Part shown: positions 19,512 through 29,423 of the stretch, piece by piece | How the letters are laid out: each line of letters begins with the position of its first letter | How positions within the stretch are numbered: position 1 is the stretch's first letter | Source of the DNA: an uncultured bacterium | GTDB lineage: Bacteria; Oederibacteriota; PGYV01; Palsa-1178 | DNA: 64,000 bases | Assembly: GCA_937889595.1 (NCBI GenBank) | Contig: CALAOR010000076.1 | Span: 159,783 to 223,782, forward strand | Reading direction: 5' to 3' | Notes under the pieces: model-generated | The model's database searches: none | Told to the model about the DNA's origin: nothing | The model's input: only the letters and a program-made list of their open reading frames with translations | Position numbers and translations under genes: made by a program

Positions 19512-20057
19512 ATGGCGTTATTTCAAAACAAATACCGTATCGAAACGGCACATCTAAAAGACTATGATTATTCGTCCGAAGGGGATTATTATGTCACAAT
19601 ATGTACAAATAATAAACAGAACATATTTGGCTTTGTCGAAGACAAAAGAATGGTTTTGAACCCGGCAGGCATAGCCACCGGAGAACATTGGCAACACCTG
19701 CCGGAAGACTTTAAAAACATTACGCTTGGAGATTTTGTAATTATGCCCGACCACATGCACGGGATTATCAGGATAAACAAAAAAACAGTTAAAACCCTGC
19801 ATAATATGATCAGAGTGTTTAAATCAAAATCAGGAATACAAATTAACAGAATAAACGGGACGCAAGGCTCAAAACCATGGCAGACTGGTTTTTATGACAG
19901 GGTTATAAGAGTGGAAATCGAATACTTCTTTGTGACAGAATATATCTTAAACAATCCATTGGTGCATGAATTTGGAAAAGAAGGCAAAGAATGGTATGAG
20001 CTGTTTGAGGAAAGAAATAATCAGCAAAACAAACTAAACAATAACGAAACCGCGTAG
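19512..20057 (+). CDS. REP-associated tyrosine transposase (RAYT), second and divergent copy
   Basis: GAGGGG RBS. HUH motif in IMPDHMHGIIRI. Tyr region WQTGFYDRVIRVEIEYFFVTEYILNNP. The stop codon TAG (20055-20057) lies inside the GTAG head of the downstream REP. Confidence 0.8.
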   Translation: MALFQNKYRIETAHLKDYDYSSEGDYYVTICTNNKQNIFGFVEDKRMVLNPAGIATGEHWQHLPEDFKNITLGDFVIMPDHMHGIIRINKKTVKTLHNMIRVFKSKSGIQINRINGTQGSKPWQTGFYDRVIRVEIEYFFVTEYILNNPLVHEFGKEGKEWYELFEERNNQQNKLNNNETA

Positions 20058-20189
20058 AGAGGCTGCTTGCTGCCTCTCTGACGCGGGGTTGTAACGCAAG
20101 ATGTGAAACAGCAGGCAACAAGCAGCCGTTAAAACATGCAAAGACCGTTTATTAAAGCCGTGGTAAGCGGCAGCAAGCAGCCGCTCTAC
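20008..20189 (+). repeat. REPIN copy B overlapping the 3' end of RAYT-2
   Basis: GTAG (20054-20057) + GAGAGGC-TGCTTGCT-GCCTCTC on the plus strand. AGCGGC-AGCAAGCA-GCCGCT + CTAC (20166-20189) is the inverted arm with the same loop. Confidence 0.8.
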
Positions 20190-20469
20190 AAAATATTAAA
20201 CCTGTAAAACCTCCACTTGTTGCCTTATACAGCCATAACGCCTGTTTGTATATTGATGCGTTTTTTAATGATAGTGTTTTAGTAGGGAAATAAACCTGGC
20301 CTTTAATGTCACATTATGAACCACTGTTTTGTATTAGTTTTTACGCGCCCTATGATTAGATTAATAATTTTACAGCCATAAAACGCCAATAAAACATGCC
20401 TGTTTATGGCATGAAAAACCAAATGTAGCCCATTGTTCACATTTAATCACCTAATTATATATAATTTAG

Positions 20470-20498
20470 TGGACAAATGTATGAACATATGCTAAAAT
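20470..20498 (+). promoter_or_regulatory. candidate promoter of paralog 4 operon (TGGACA-17-TAAAAT)
   Basis: Its position relative to the conserved leader block GAGAAACTTT (20511-20520) matches paralogs 1 and 3. A second TATAAT at 20502-20507 is an alternative -10. Confidence 0.45.
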
Positions 20499-20575
20499 AC
20501 TTATAATAGCGAGAAACTTTCTTACGAAAACATTGTCAAAAGCAAAGGAACTAAATAAAAGGAGGAAGTGGAATT

Positions 20576-22993
20576 ATGAAGAACTTCAGTTTCAGAAAAC
20601 TAAAATCAATTTTACTTACGGGTGTTATATTGCTATTTTCAACACTCGTTTTTGCCGATGCGCATGTCATAAGCGTCACCATGAGTCCTGCAAATCCGGG
20701 TTTTGGCGACCTCGTTTCAATAACAGTGAATTATTGCGCTCAGTTATATAATGATGAATACATAGCGATTGCGTTCAGCTCACAGGCTTCAAAAGTCAGC
20801 GCGGACCTGTCCGGAGCGGGGCAGGTTTTTGTGGTAAGCAACAGGGGCGTGGACGTCGCTACGTCACAGCCCGCGGCTGCGCCAGGCGGGGTAATAGGCT
20901 ATCTGGCAAATGTCCAGCCCGGCGCAGTAACGTCGGACTGCTCGGATTGCAGTTCAGGCGCGGGAAAACTGTTCACCAATGTTTATGCTGTCCACATACC
21001 GCCCGCGTCATCTTTTCCCGGATGCAATATCAGCAACCTTCATTTATTTGTGGGCATGAAAGACGCCAACTTAAACGCAGGGGACTGGCAGGGCAGGGCC
21101 GCTTGTTCATGCGAGCCCACGCCGATTTTATGGACAATAGGGACCATCCCGAAAGGTTTTACTATCAGCAAAAGGACAGAGGGAGTATTGCAGGCCCAGA
21201 ACGATCTGGTTCTTTTCTCCATAGACTACAGTTATTGGAACGGGAAGCTTACTATAACGGATATCATACCTGGCGGCGGGCAGTTGACGCTCGTGTCGTG
21301 GGGGCCGCAGTCCATATTAGGCGGGACATGCACCGGCCCTGTAATAGGCGCGACAACAGGGAATTTCACATGGGCGCTGCCGGACAGGACGGGTAAGCCG
21401 GGCGAAGCCACAGGCACAGTGTGGATGCTTTATAAGAGCAACCAGAATCCGCCTGTCGCTGGGACGCATTATACAAACAGCGCGCAGGGGACCATGACAG
21501 GCGTGGCAACGCAGAACGTGAGCGCCACAAATACAGTGGGCCAGGCTGCAATAACCATCAAGAAAGCGCAGAGCGAAGCAAACCCGAATTACGGCGACCT
21601 TATCACTTACTACCTGTCATACGACGTGAACGGCTACCAGCTTGTGGGCTACCAGCCATTTGACGATATAGCGGGCACTTATGGTGCTGACGGTACGCCT
21701 CCGTCCGGCACTGCCATACCCGGGTGGTCGTTTTCGCCGCAAGCCAACACAAACGGCGGGTGGATAGTGGCAGACCCGTGCAACACAGGCGATGATTACA
21801 TAACGGGGCACGCCACGGCAGGCAATTCATTCCCGAGTATTTTGTATAACAACATAACCAATCCTAATAATATGTGCTCGGGGATAATAGAATCCGATGT
21901 TTACATAGACCCGGGTGCGTATGAAGGCGCGGACGCTCTCATTGTAATAAGGAGCGACGGACAGACAAACGGCAACGCGTACTCGCTTGTGATTTCTGTT
22001 GACAACAACATAGGGACAAACTCGAGCGGGCATGTCGGATTCCAGGCGTGCGGCACGGCCGGGCCTTATGTGGGATGCGAATGGCCCCTTTCAAACAACT
22101 GCTGTATAGTAACATCGCTCAAATGGTACAGGGTAAAGATACAGATTGACCCGGCGAACCAGTACCATTTTCAGGCAAAAGTCTGGGCAAAAGGCGATCC
22201 TGAACCTTCTGCCTGGGGCATAGACTGGACAGATCCGAACGGGGCAGCGAACGCTGCTACAATGAGCTGCACTAACGGCCAGACCTGGAAGCCGGGCGTG
22301 GCTGAACAGCACGGCGCGTCAGGGGATGTGAGGGACAGTTACAACAATTTCATTGTTTATCTGCCAAGGACAAATGTGAACACTGTACTCTGGGATACGA
22401 TACCGAACAACTCGGATAATGAAGTCATATATGTGGGTCAGCAGGGGCCGCACACTTATGCAGGCAACGCGAGCGTGGCCAAATGGAACCTGGGAAGCAT
22501 AACGAACGAAGGCGGGACATTTACATGGTGGGGAACGGTAAACACATGCAACCCTATCACGAATGTGGCGCTGATAAATGGCGCCGCGCCTGAAGTGGCG
22601 TCTATGTCAAATCAGGTGATAGCGGTGCCGGTCTGCCAGCCGATTACAGGCATTACCAAGACGGCAAGTGTACTCGTGGCAGGGCTTGGTGATATCATCA
22701 CATGGTCGATAACATACTGCAATGACGGCGTCGGCGATATACCAAACTATGTGATTACCGACCCTATGCCGTCAGGGATGAGCTTTCTTGGATGCACAGG
22801 CGGATGCGCAGGCGGCCCACCCAATGTTACCTGGAATATCGGCACCCTGCCAAAAGGCACATGCAATGTGACTGTTACTTGGTGGGGCGCGGTCACGGCA
22901 ATCCCCATGAACCCGTTTAGAAAAGAGGAATTTTTCGCTTTCACGCCGGATACAGAAACATTGATCAGCAGAGAATACGCGACAAACAGGTGA
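20576..22993 (+). CDS. surface-protein family head domain encoded as a stand-alone gene (paralog 4N), with an extra DUF11-like repeat and no linker or CTD
   Basis: AGGAGG RBS. Signal peptide [27 protein letters not shown]. Colinear with the heads of paralogs 2 and 3 ([85 protein letters not shown]). It ends with a DUF11-like segment, [45 protein letters not shown]. Confidence 0.8.
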   Translation: MKNFSFRKLKSILLTGVILLFSTLVFADAHVISVTMSPANPGFGDLVSITVNYCAQLYNDEYIAIAFSSQASKVSADLSGAGQVFVVSNRGVDVATSQPAAAPGGVIGYLANVQPGAVTSDCSDCSSGAGKLFTNVYAVHIPPASSFPGCNISNLHLFVGMKDANLNAGDWQGRAACSCEPTPILWTIGTIPKGFTISKRTEGVLQAQNDLVLFSIDYSYWNGKLTITDIIPGGGQLTLVSWGPQSILGGTCTGPVIGATTGNFTWALPDRTGKPGEATGTVWMLYKSNQNPPVAGTHYTNSAQGTMTGVATQNVSATNTVGQAAITIKKAQSEANPNYGDLITYYLSYDVNGYQLVGYQPFDDIAGTYGADGTPPSGTAIPGWSFSPQANTNGGWIVADPCNTGDDYITGHATAGNSFPSILYNNITNPNNMCSGIIESDVYIDPGAYEGADALIVIRSDGQTNGNAYSLVISVDNNIGTNSSGHVGFQACGTAGPYVGCEWPLSNNCCIVTSLKWYRVKIQIDPANQYHFQAKVWAKGDPEPSAWGIDWTDPNGAANAATMSCTNGQTWKPGVAEQHGASGDVRDSYNNFIVYLPRTNVNTVLWDTIPNNSDNEVIYVGQQGPHTYAGNASVAKWNLGSITNEGGTFTWWGTVNTCNPITNVALINGAAPEVASMSNQVIAVPVCQPITGITKTASVLVAGLGDIITWSITYCNDGVGDIPNYVITDPMPSGMSFLGCTGGCAGGPPNVTWNIGTLPKGTCNVTVTWWGAVTAIPMNPFRKEEFFAFTPDTETLISREYATNR

Positions 22994-22997
22994 TGAT

Positions 22998-25535
22998 ATG
23001 ACTAAATTTTTTGACGCGGATATTAAAAGGAAAAAGAGGCCTTTGTTTGGCTTGGGACTGGTTTTCGTCTTTGTCCTTATTTTCTCCGCTGTATCTGCCA
23101 ATGCCGGGCTTGATCTTCAGACCCAACTCACAACAGACCCATGCAGCAATCAAGGTTTTAATTTCAGTTATACTGTAACAAATTATTCAGCAGCCGCTGT
23201 TGCTTCATTCAGCGTAGTTTTGTGGATAAATGAATCAACAGCGGTAAATAGCAGTTCTATGAATATTGGCAATATTGATAATGCCGGAGGAACTTATCAG
23301 GGCAACGGAGGCTCAAGTACCTTATCCACGTCGGTATTCGGCTGCGCAATCCAGGGGGCGATACAGCAGATATCGATTTTGGTGACACCTGCCGTGGCCA
23401 TTCCGGCCAACGGCGGATATATGACCGGGACCATACAGCTTAATCTCAGCGGTTATCCGAACCCCATGAGTCCTGGCTGTACGGACTACAGCCACCCTAC
23501 CGCCGCGTTAACCGATTATAACCATTTAGCTTTATACAGGGCAGGCGCGCTTGAAATCGAATGGAAGAATACAACAGGTACTATAGACCCCAACACGGGC
23601 TTCCCGCCATGCTCGGTAGCTACCCCCACAAACACCCCGACCATAGTCGGCAAGCTTAACTGCGTGCACGATTCGACCGGCCAAGTTGACTGCGCGTTTG
23701 TTCCGCTGATAGGTTCCACGAAGACTTTCACCCCCACATTCACGGTAACGCCCACGCGGACCCCGACGCCTACGTTTACATATACGAGGACAGCTACGCC
23801 TACCGACACACCGACTTCGACTTTTACCGCGACTCCTACGCAGTCTTTTACACCCACTTACACGCCCACGCGCACGCCGACGCCGACTTTCACCGATACA
23901 AACTCGGCGACCGCCACGCCCACGGATACAGACACGCGCACGCCTACTCCCACATATACGGCAACCCCTACAAGCACATCTACCAGCACTTATACGTTTA
24001 CGTATACGCCTACGGACACAGTAACCTCATATACGCCTACGGTCACAAAAACATACACGCCCACTTTCACGGCCACCCCGACTTTTACCGCGACGCCCAC
24101 GCCGTCTTTTAGCAGCACTTACACACCGACTTTCACTGCCACACCCACAAGCACCATGACAGCCACGGACACACCCACAAGCACTATAACCGCCACAGTT
24201 ACGGAAACCAGTGTTTACACGGCTACTGTCACCCCGACATTCACGCCTTCCAGGACCATGACAGATACATTTACTGCAACGCCTACTTTTACCGACACAA
24301 AAACTGTCACACCGACATATACTGATACGCCTGTCAACACCCATACATTTACGCCCACGTATACCCAGACTTTCACAGACACGCCCACGTTCACCGCGAC
24401 GCCGACCTGCACCGATACCAGGACCTTTACTCCGACCGATACGCCTTCTTTTACGCCTACCGACACTCCGACTTTTACATCAACATTCACAGATACGCCG
24501 ACTTTCACCGAAACCTATACCCTAACCGACACGCCCACTGTCACGCCGACCCTGCCGCCTTACCCGTATATTTTAAAGATAGGGGTATATAATTCAGCAG
24601 GCGAGCTGGTCAAGACCCTGGGGTTGACCGCGACTTCCAATGATATCGGGCAGATAATCTTAAGTACGGGAGGACAGACAAATGTGGATATGATGACTTC
24701 GGCAAATCCCCTGAATATTTTCCTGGTTGGGGTACAAACACCGTCCAATCCCGGCGGCGGGGGTACTAATTTCACATGGGACTCGACAACAGACGCAAAT
24801 CAGCCGGCCGGCAGCGGTTTATATTACATAAAATTTGAAGAACAGGACATATACGGCCATACCAACGTGGTTATAAGGACCATAACCATGATGACGGTTA
24901 ACCAGTATGTGGAAGTCGTCATATATAACAGCGCCGGCGAAAAAGTCAGGACCATCAGGGATTATAAGGACATAAGCAATACAAGCATATCGCTCAAGGT
25001 CGGCACAAACAATTCGGGCATGGTTGTCCTGGAAAAGGGTTCAAACGCCATAAACATAACATACGGCACAAACCCGGCGACCGATTACATCACCTGGGAC
25101 GGGTTAAATGACCAGGGACTGGCCGTGTCCGGCGGAAATTACGAAGTCCAGGTAAATATGGTGACAAGCCAGGTCAGAAGTACTGTCGCCACAAAGAGCA
25201 TAGTTGTCTTGACAGAGAAGGCTCCATACATGGGCGGAGTTTCCATACTGCCAAACCCGTATGTAAACAGCGAGTCCGCATCAAAGCAGATAAAGTTTGC
25301 GTGGGCGCCCGGCACGGATACAGGCTGGATGAATGTCACGGTATACACCATCATAGGCGAGAAAGTAACGGGTTTTGACGCGCCATTGCAGGCAGGTTAT
25401 GTTGTCTGGGATTTAAAGACCCAAGACAGCAGCAGGGCCGCGAACGGATACTATGTTGTGGTATTTGAATCCAGGAACATAAACGGCCGCATGGAAAGAA
25501 AAATCGCGAAACTTGTGATGCTGGGGACGAAGTAG
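22998..25535 (+). CDS. surface protein (paralog 4C): unrelated ~210-aa head + T-x-T linker + three FlgD-Ig/CTD-like modules
   Basis: ATG lies 4 nt after the 4N stop. It has its own signal peptide ([18 protein letters not shown]). The linker spans ~23716-24551. The C-terminal modules are [36 protein letters not shown] and [38 protein letters not shown]. Confidence 0.8.
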   Translation: MTKFFDADIKRKKRPLFGLGLVFVFVLIFSAVSANAGLDLQTQLTTDPCSNQGFNFSYTVTNYSAAAVASFSVVLWINESTAVNSSSMNIGNIDNAGGTYQGNGGSSTLSTSVFGCAIQGAIQQISILVTPAVAIPANGGYMTGTIQLNLSGYPNPMSPGCTDYSHPTAALTDYNHLALYRAGALEIEWKNTTGTIDPNTGFPPCSVATPTNTPTIVGKLNCVHDSTGQVDCAFVPLIGSTKTFTPTFTVTPTRTPTPTFTYTRTATPTDTPTSTFTATPTQSFTPTYTPTRTPTPTFTDTNSATATPTDTDTRTPTPTYTATPTSTSTSTYTFTYTPTDTVTSYTPTVTKTYTPTFTATPTFTATPTPSFSSTYTPTFTATPTSTMTATDTPTSTITATVTETSVYTATVTPTFTPSRTMTDTFTATPTFTDTKTVTPTYTDTPVNTHTFTPTYTQTFTDTPTFTATPTCTDTRTFTPTDTPSFTPTDTPTFTSTFTDTPTFTETYTLTDTPTVTPTLPPYPYILKIGVYNSAGELVKTLGLTATSNDIGQIILSTGGQTNVDMMTSANPLNIFLVGVQTPSNPGGGGTNFTWDSTTDANQPAGSGLYYIKFEEQDIYGHTNVVIRTITMMTVNQYVEVVIYNSAGEKVRTIRDYKDISNTSISLKVGTNNSGMVVLEKGSNAINITYGTNPATDYITWDGLNDQGLAVSGGNYEVQVNMVTSQVRSTVATKSIVVLTEKAPYMGGVSILPNPYVNSESASKQIKFAWAPGTDTGWMNVTVYTIIGEKVTGFDAPLQAGYVVWDLKTQDSSRAANGYYVVVFESRNINGRMERKIAKLVMLGTK
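23716..24551 (+). repeat. Thr-register linker of paralog 4C
   Basis: The peptide reads [39 protein letters not shown]... with Thr at alternate positions for ~278 aa. Confidence 0.9.
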
Positions 25536-25555
25536 CGCCAAATTTTCCGGTAATG

Positions 25556-26932
25556 TTATCTGTTAAAAACCGCCAGCGCGCCTTTTATCGCGGTTTTTAG
25601 TTCGCTAAACGAGCGGATCTTAAAGAGTTTCCTTATCAGGTATATGGGCCTTCCGTAGAATTCCTTATGCGCTTTTTTGTAGAACTCCTCCACCTTTTTG
25701 GAAGAAACTGATGGCAGTTCCATGACTGCGTTTGACAGATCGTACAAAGACCAGTCTTTTGTTTTTAAATAATTATTTTTATCCGCCCAGGCATACATTT
25801 CAGTGCCGGGATACGGCGTTGTGATGTTGAATAGCGCTATATCCGGGTCCAGTTTTTTCGCAAAATCCAGCGTTTGCTGCATGGTCTCTTCTGTCTCGCC
25901 CGGATTGCCCAGCATGAAAGCTGTCCTGCATTCTATGCCTATTTTCTTGGTCAGGGCCACCATTTCCTTTGCCTTGTCCATGGAGGTCATCTTTTTGATG
26001 TTTTTTAGTATCTGTTCGTTGCCGGATTCTATGCCGTACATTATCTGGTGGCAGCCCGCTTTTTTCATGAGCATTAAAGTTTCCCCGTCTATAAAATCAA
26101 CCCTGGCAAAACACACCCAGGTTAAGTCTATCTTCTCCTCTATGATCTGCCTGCAGAACTCCTGGACCTTGTGTTTATATGTCGTAAAAGTATCGTCGTA
26201 AAAGGATATCTCTTTTATGCCAAAATCGCGCTGCAGCATTTTTATCTCGTCAATTAAGTACCTGACCGAGTGCATACGCACGTGCCCGCCAAGGTAGGAA
26301 CCGAGGCAGAAAGTGCATTTGCCGGGGCAGCCGCGCGTGGATATCATGCTTATGACAGGCAGGCGCTTATAGGAACCCAGCGCGGCTTTGTAATTGGCGA
26401 TTGGCAGCAGGTGGTAAGCCGGAAAGGGCAGGGTATCGAGGTCCTTTATGAGTTCGCCGTAAGGGTTGTGGACATATTTTCCGTCTTTCCTGTATGACAA
26501 ACCCGGGATATTGTCCTTGTCCATGCCGTTGATGAGCTTAAGGAACGATTCTTCTCCCTCGCCGCGTATGATAAAATCGACCTGTGTATTGACCAGGACG
26601 TCTTCAGGCATCAAGGTCGGATGCACCCCGCCCAGGACAATGATTGCCTGCGGGAATTTAATCCTGCATGACGCCGCGTTTTCAAGCGCGCTTTTTACGG
26701 TCATAGTTGTTGCTGTAATGCCGATGAATCGGGGTATGTCCGCCACTGTTTCCAGCAGCGCGGCAAGGTCGAGTTTTTCGGCTATGGCGTCTATTATCCG
26801 CACTTTAATATTATTTTTTTCAAGGTACGAGGCTATATACGCAAGCCCAAGTGGAGGCATGGCGCCTGAGATTTTTTTCCAGATATTGCCTTCTCTGCTC
26901 ATCCAGCTCGGGTTGATCAGCAGTACGTTCAA
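25556..26932 (-). CDS. B12-binding (class B) radical SAM enzyme, copy 1
   Basis: TTG start with AAGGAG RBS. N-terminal cobalamin-binding-type fold (LLINP...MPPLGLAYIASYL). CX3CX2C cluster motif in RGCPGKCTFC. 458 aa, colinear paralog of 27850..29226. Confidence 0.85.
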   Translation of the reverse strand: MNVLLINPSWMSREGNIWKKISGAMPPLGLAYIASYLEKNNIKVRIIDAIAEKLDLAALLETVADIPRFIGITATTMTVKSALENAASCRIKFPQAIIVLGGVHPTLMPEDVLVNTQVDFIIRGEGEESFLKLINGMDKDNIPGLSYRKDGKYVHNPYGELIKDLDTLPFPAYHLLPIANYKAALGSYKRLPVISMISTRGCPGKCTFCLGSYLGGHVRMHSVRYLIDEIKMLQRDFGIKEISFYDDTFTTYKHKVQEFCRQIIEEKIDLTWVCFARVDFIDGETLMLMKKAGCHQIMYGIESGNEQILKNIKKMTSMDKAKEMVALTKKIGIECRTAFMLGNPGETEETMQQTLDFAKKLDPDIALFNITTPYPGTEMYAWADKNNYLKTKDWSLYDLSNAVMELPSVSSKKVEEFYKKAHKEFYGRPIYLIRKLFKIRSFSELKTAIKGALAVFNR

Positions 26933-26975
26933 GACTTCTTCTCCTTGTCGGAATATGCGTTTATTTTGACGGGGA

Positions 26976-27668
26976 TTAAAACCTGTACCTTATGAGCGTC
27001 CACAGGGCCTTAAAGCCGTCGATCGCTTTTATTTTTTTGCCGTCGCTATAACCCCTGCCGTAAAAACTGATAGGGACCTCGTATATCCTGTATTTTTTTT
27101 TCAGGATTTTCGCGGTTATTTCAGGCTCGATCTCAAACCCGTTTGAGCGCAGGTTTAAGCCTTTGAAAACGTCGCTGCGGAACATTTTATAGCAGGTTTC
27201 CATGTCCGTCAGCAGGGTGTTATAAAGCAGGTTTGTGGTGAAGTTAAGGATCTTATTTGCTATGTAATTCCAGAACAGGAAAGAGCGGTGGGCCCCTCCC
27301 AGGAACCTGGAGCCGTATACGACGTCGGCGTGGCCCTGCTCTATGGGTGCAAGCAGGTGCACAAAATCGGCAGGGTCATACTCCATGTCCGCGTCCTGGA
27401 TTATGGTAAAGTCGCTCTTAATATACCTGATGGCTTCCCGTATGGCCGAGCCCTTGCCGCCGTTTTTATCCTTGAAAACAATTGTCAGGGTTCTATCTTT
27501 TCTTGAAAGCGTTTTAAGTATGTTCCTTGTGCCGTCGGTGGAACCGTCGTCCACTATGATGATCTGTTTTTTATAGCCGGGAAGACGGGATTTTTTTACC
27601 GAGTTTACGGCCTGTTTTATGGTCTTTAGTTCGTTAAAAACAGGAATTATGACCGAAAGTGTTTTCAT
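26976..27668 (-). CDS. DPM1-like family 2 glycosyltransferase (candidate polyprenyl-phosphate sugar synthase), copy 1
   Basis: The ORF track extends to 27785. The start was moved to MKTLSVIIPVFNE by alignment with the 230-aa paralog at 29424..30116. GT-A motifs are present: IIVDDGSTDGT and IIQDADMEYDP. No TM segment. Confidence 0.8.
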   Translation of the reverse strand: MKTLSVIIPVFNELKTIKQAVNSVKKSRLPGYKKQIIIVDDGSTDGTRNILKTLSRKDRTLTIVFKDKNGGKGSAIREAIRYIKSDFTIIQDADMEYDPADFVHLLAPIEQGHADVVYGSRFLGGAHRSFLFWNYIANKILNFTTNLLYNTLLTDMETCYKMFRSDVFKGLNLRSNGFEIEPEITAKILKKKYRIYEVPISFYGRGYSDGKKIKAIDGFKALWTLIRYRF

Positions 27669-27778
27669 CTGCCGCGACAGCTCCTTAAAGTGGTTTATTA
27701 ACTGATGACATGATAACACAACGGCAAGTTTAAAGTCAAAGTTAAATTCAAAGTGCCGCCCGTGTTTCTGCTTTAAAA

Positions 27779-27806
27779 TTGACAATTTGTCAAATACTGT
27801 TATAAT
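27779..27806 (+). promoter_or_regulatory. consensus sigma70 promoter for radical SAM copy 2 (TTGACA-16-TATAAT), with the -35 inside a palindrome
   Basis: TTGACA at 27779-27784 and TATAAT at 27801-27806. TTGACAA-T-TTGTCAA (27779-27793) is a perfect inverted repeat. Confidence 0.6.
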
Positions 27807-27849
27807 CTATTAATATTTTCAATAATCGGGTGTCAAAAGAGGAGCGGCA

Positions 27850-29226
27850 ATGGATGTAATTTTGATTAATCCTTATCAAACCGCCAGAAAAGAAAACATA
27901 TGGACAAAAATACAAGGCGCCATGCCGCCCCTCGGGCTTGCTTATATAGCCTCTTATCTTGAGTCTAAAGGCATAGATTCCACGATATATGACATGAATG
28001 TAGAGCCGGGCGACGCCGCGGCCCAGGTAAGTCGCATCAGCGGGTCCCCCGACATAATAGGCATTACTTCGATGACAAGCGCTGTCATGAACGGATTTGC
28101 AATTGCGCAGCAATGCAGGTTGAAATTCCCAAAGGCAAAGATCGTTTTCGGCGGGGTTCATCCTACGGTACTGCCTGAAGATGTCCTGTCGCGGGAGTAC
28201 GTGGATTATGTGGTAAGAGGGGAAGGTGAAGAATCCTTTTATAAGTTCCTCAAAGGCGATGACATAAAAACCATTTCCGGATTTTCCTACAGGGAAAACG
28301 GGAAGATAATCCACAATCCGGATTCTGTCCTGATACATGACCTTGATATGCTCCCTGTACCGGCCTACAAAAAACTTCCCATAACCAAATATGTGCCGAC
28401 CATGGGGTCGTATAAAAGGCTTCCGGCAATCAGCATGCTTGCCACCAGGGGGTGTCCGGGCAAGTGCACGTATTGTTTTGGTTCCTTTCTCGGCGGCAAG
28501 GTCAGGATGCATTCCGTTGACTACCTCATAGGTGAAATAGAAATGCTGCAGCGCGAGTACGGGATCAGGGAAATACTTTTCTATGATGACACATTCACAA
28601 CCTACCGCAATAAAGTAAAGGATTTTTGTCTTAAAATAATTGAAAAAAAGATAGATGTTTCATGGGTGTGTTTCTCAAGGGTCGATACTATTGATGAGGA
28701 AATTTTAAGGCTGATGAAAAAGGCCGGCTGCCACCAGATAATGTATGGGATAGAATCAGGGAGCGAGGAAATACTTAAAAACATAAACAAAAAGATTAAT
28801 CTGGCAAAAGCTATGGAGGCGGTGAAAATAACAAAAAAAGTTGGGATTGAATGCAGGGCGACTTTCATGCTTGGAAACCCCGGTGAGACAGAAGCGACCA
28901 TACTGAAAACTATTAAGTTTGCGAAAGAAGTTGACCCTGACATAGCCCTTTTTAACGTTACCACCCCGTTTCCCGGGACACAGATGTTCGCGTGGGCAAA
29001 GCAAAACGGTTACCTCACGTCGGAAGACTGGGCCAAATATGATTTTTCGAACATGCTTATGAGGCTTCCTACGATCAGCCCGGAAAGAATAGAATATTAT
29101 TACAAAAAGGTATTCAGGATGTTTTACTGGCGTCCGTCCTACCTGTTTAAAAGGCTGCTGATGCTGCGCAGTTGGAACGATATAAAGACTGCTTTTAAAG
29201 CCCTCTTCGCGGTTTTTTTACACTGA
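27850..29226 (+). CDS. B12-binding (class B) radical SAM enzyme, copy 2
   Basis: GAGGAG RBS. RGCPGKCTYC cluster motif. 458 aa, colinear with copy 1 over its full length. Confidence 0.85.
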   Translation: MDVILINPYQTARKENIWTKIQGAMPPLGLAYIASYLESKGIDSTIYDMNVEPGDAAAQVSRISGSPDIIGITSMTSAVMNGFAIAQQCRLKFPKAKIVFGGVHPTVLPEDVLSREYVDYVVRGEGEESFYKFLKGDDIKTISGFSYRENGKIIHNPDSVLIHDLDMLPVPAYKKLPITKYVPTMGSYKRLPAISMLATRGCPGKCTYCFGSFLGGKVRMHSVDYLIGEIEMLQREYGIREILFYDDTFTTYRNKVKDFCLKIIEKKIDVSWVCFSRVDTIDEEILRLMKKAGCHQIMYGIESGSEEILKNINKKINLAKAMEAVKITKKVGIECRATFMLGNPGETEATILKTIKFAKEVDPDIALFNVTTPFPGTQMFAWAKQNGYLTSEDWAKYDFSNMLMRLPTISPERIEYYYKKVFRMFYWRPSYLFKRLLMLRSWNDIKTAFKALFAVFLH

Positions 29227-29423
29227 AAACTGCGTGGAATCAGGATGTTTAAATCCCACCTAAGCCACTGATTTTAGTCGGTGGTGGGGCGTGGGGGCAC
29301 ATGGCTCCACTCCTTGTGGGCCGCCAACACAGTTGGCGGACTCCATCTCCCTTGATGGGAGAGGGTCAGGGTATTCGAAAAGTTACCGACTAAGTCGGTG
29401 GTAATTTACTGATGTTTTAGGGA

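Noticed and set aside
22985-23005. The 4N/4C junction could be a frameshifted pseudogene of a single paralog-2-like gene.
   Set aside because: The downstream ORF has its own start, its own signal peptide and a ~210-aa head unrelated to the family head. The upstream ORF has an extra DUF11-like repeat before its stop. A single indel would not regenerate the family architecture.
5770-25535. The variable paralogous surface proteins could be targets of a diversity-generating retroelement or an invertase-driven shufflon.
   Set aside because: The window has no reverse transcriptase, no template-repeat/variable-repeat pair with adenine-specific mismatches, and no site-specific recombinase gene. The observed mosaicism is explained by homologous recombination within the linkers.
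26976-27785. A 39-codon N-terminal extension of GT2 copy 1, as given in the ORF track.
   Set aside because: The paralog at 29424..30116 starts at the equivalent of MKTLSVIIPVFNE. The extension has no counterpart and would run through the divergent promoter region.
29227-29423. Possible tRNA or other known small RNA gene in the structured spacer (GGGTATTCGAA looks faintly T-loop-like).
   Set aside because: No cloverleaf can be drawn. The candidate anticodon stem has a 5-nt loop, no acceptor stem pairs up, and I recognised no SRP, 6S or tmRNA signature strings.
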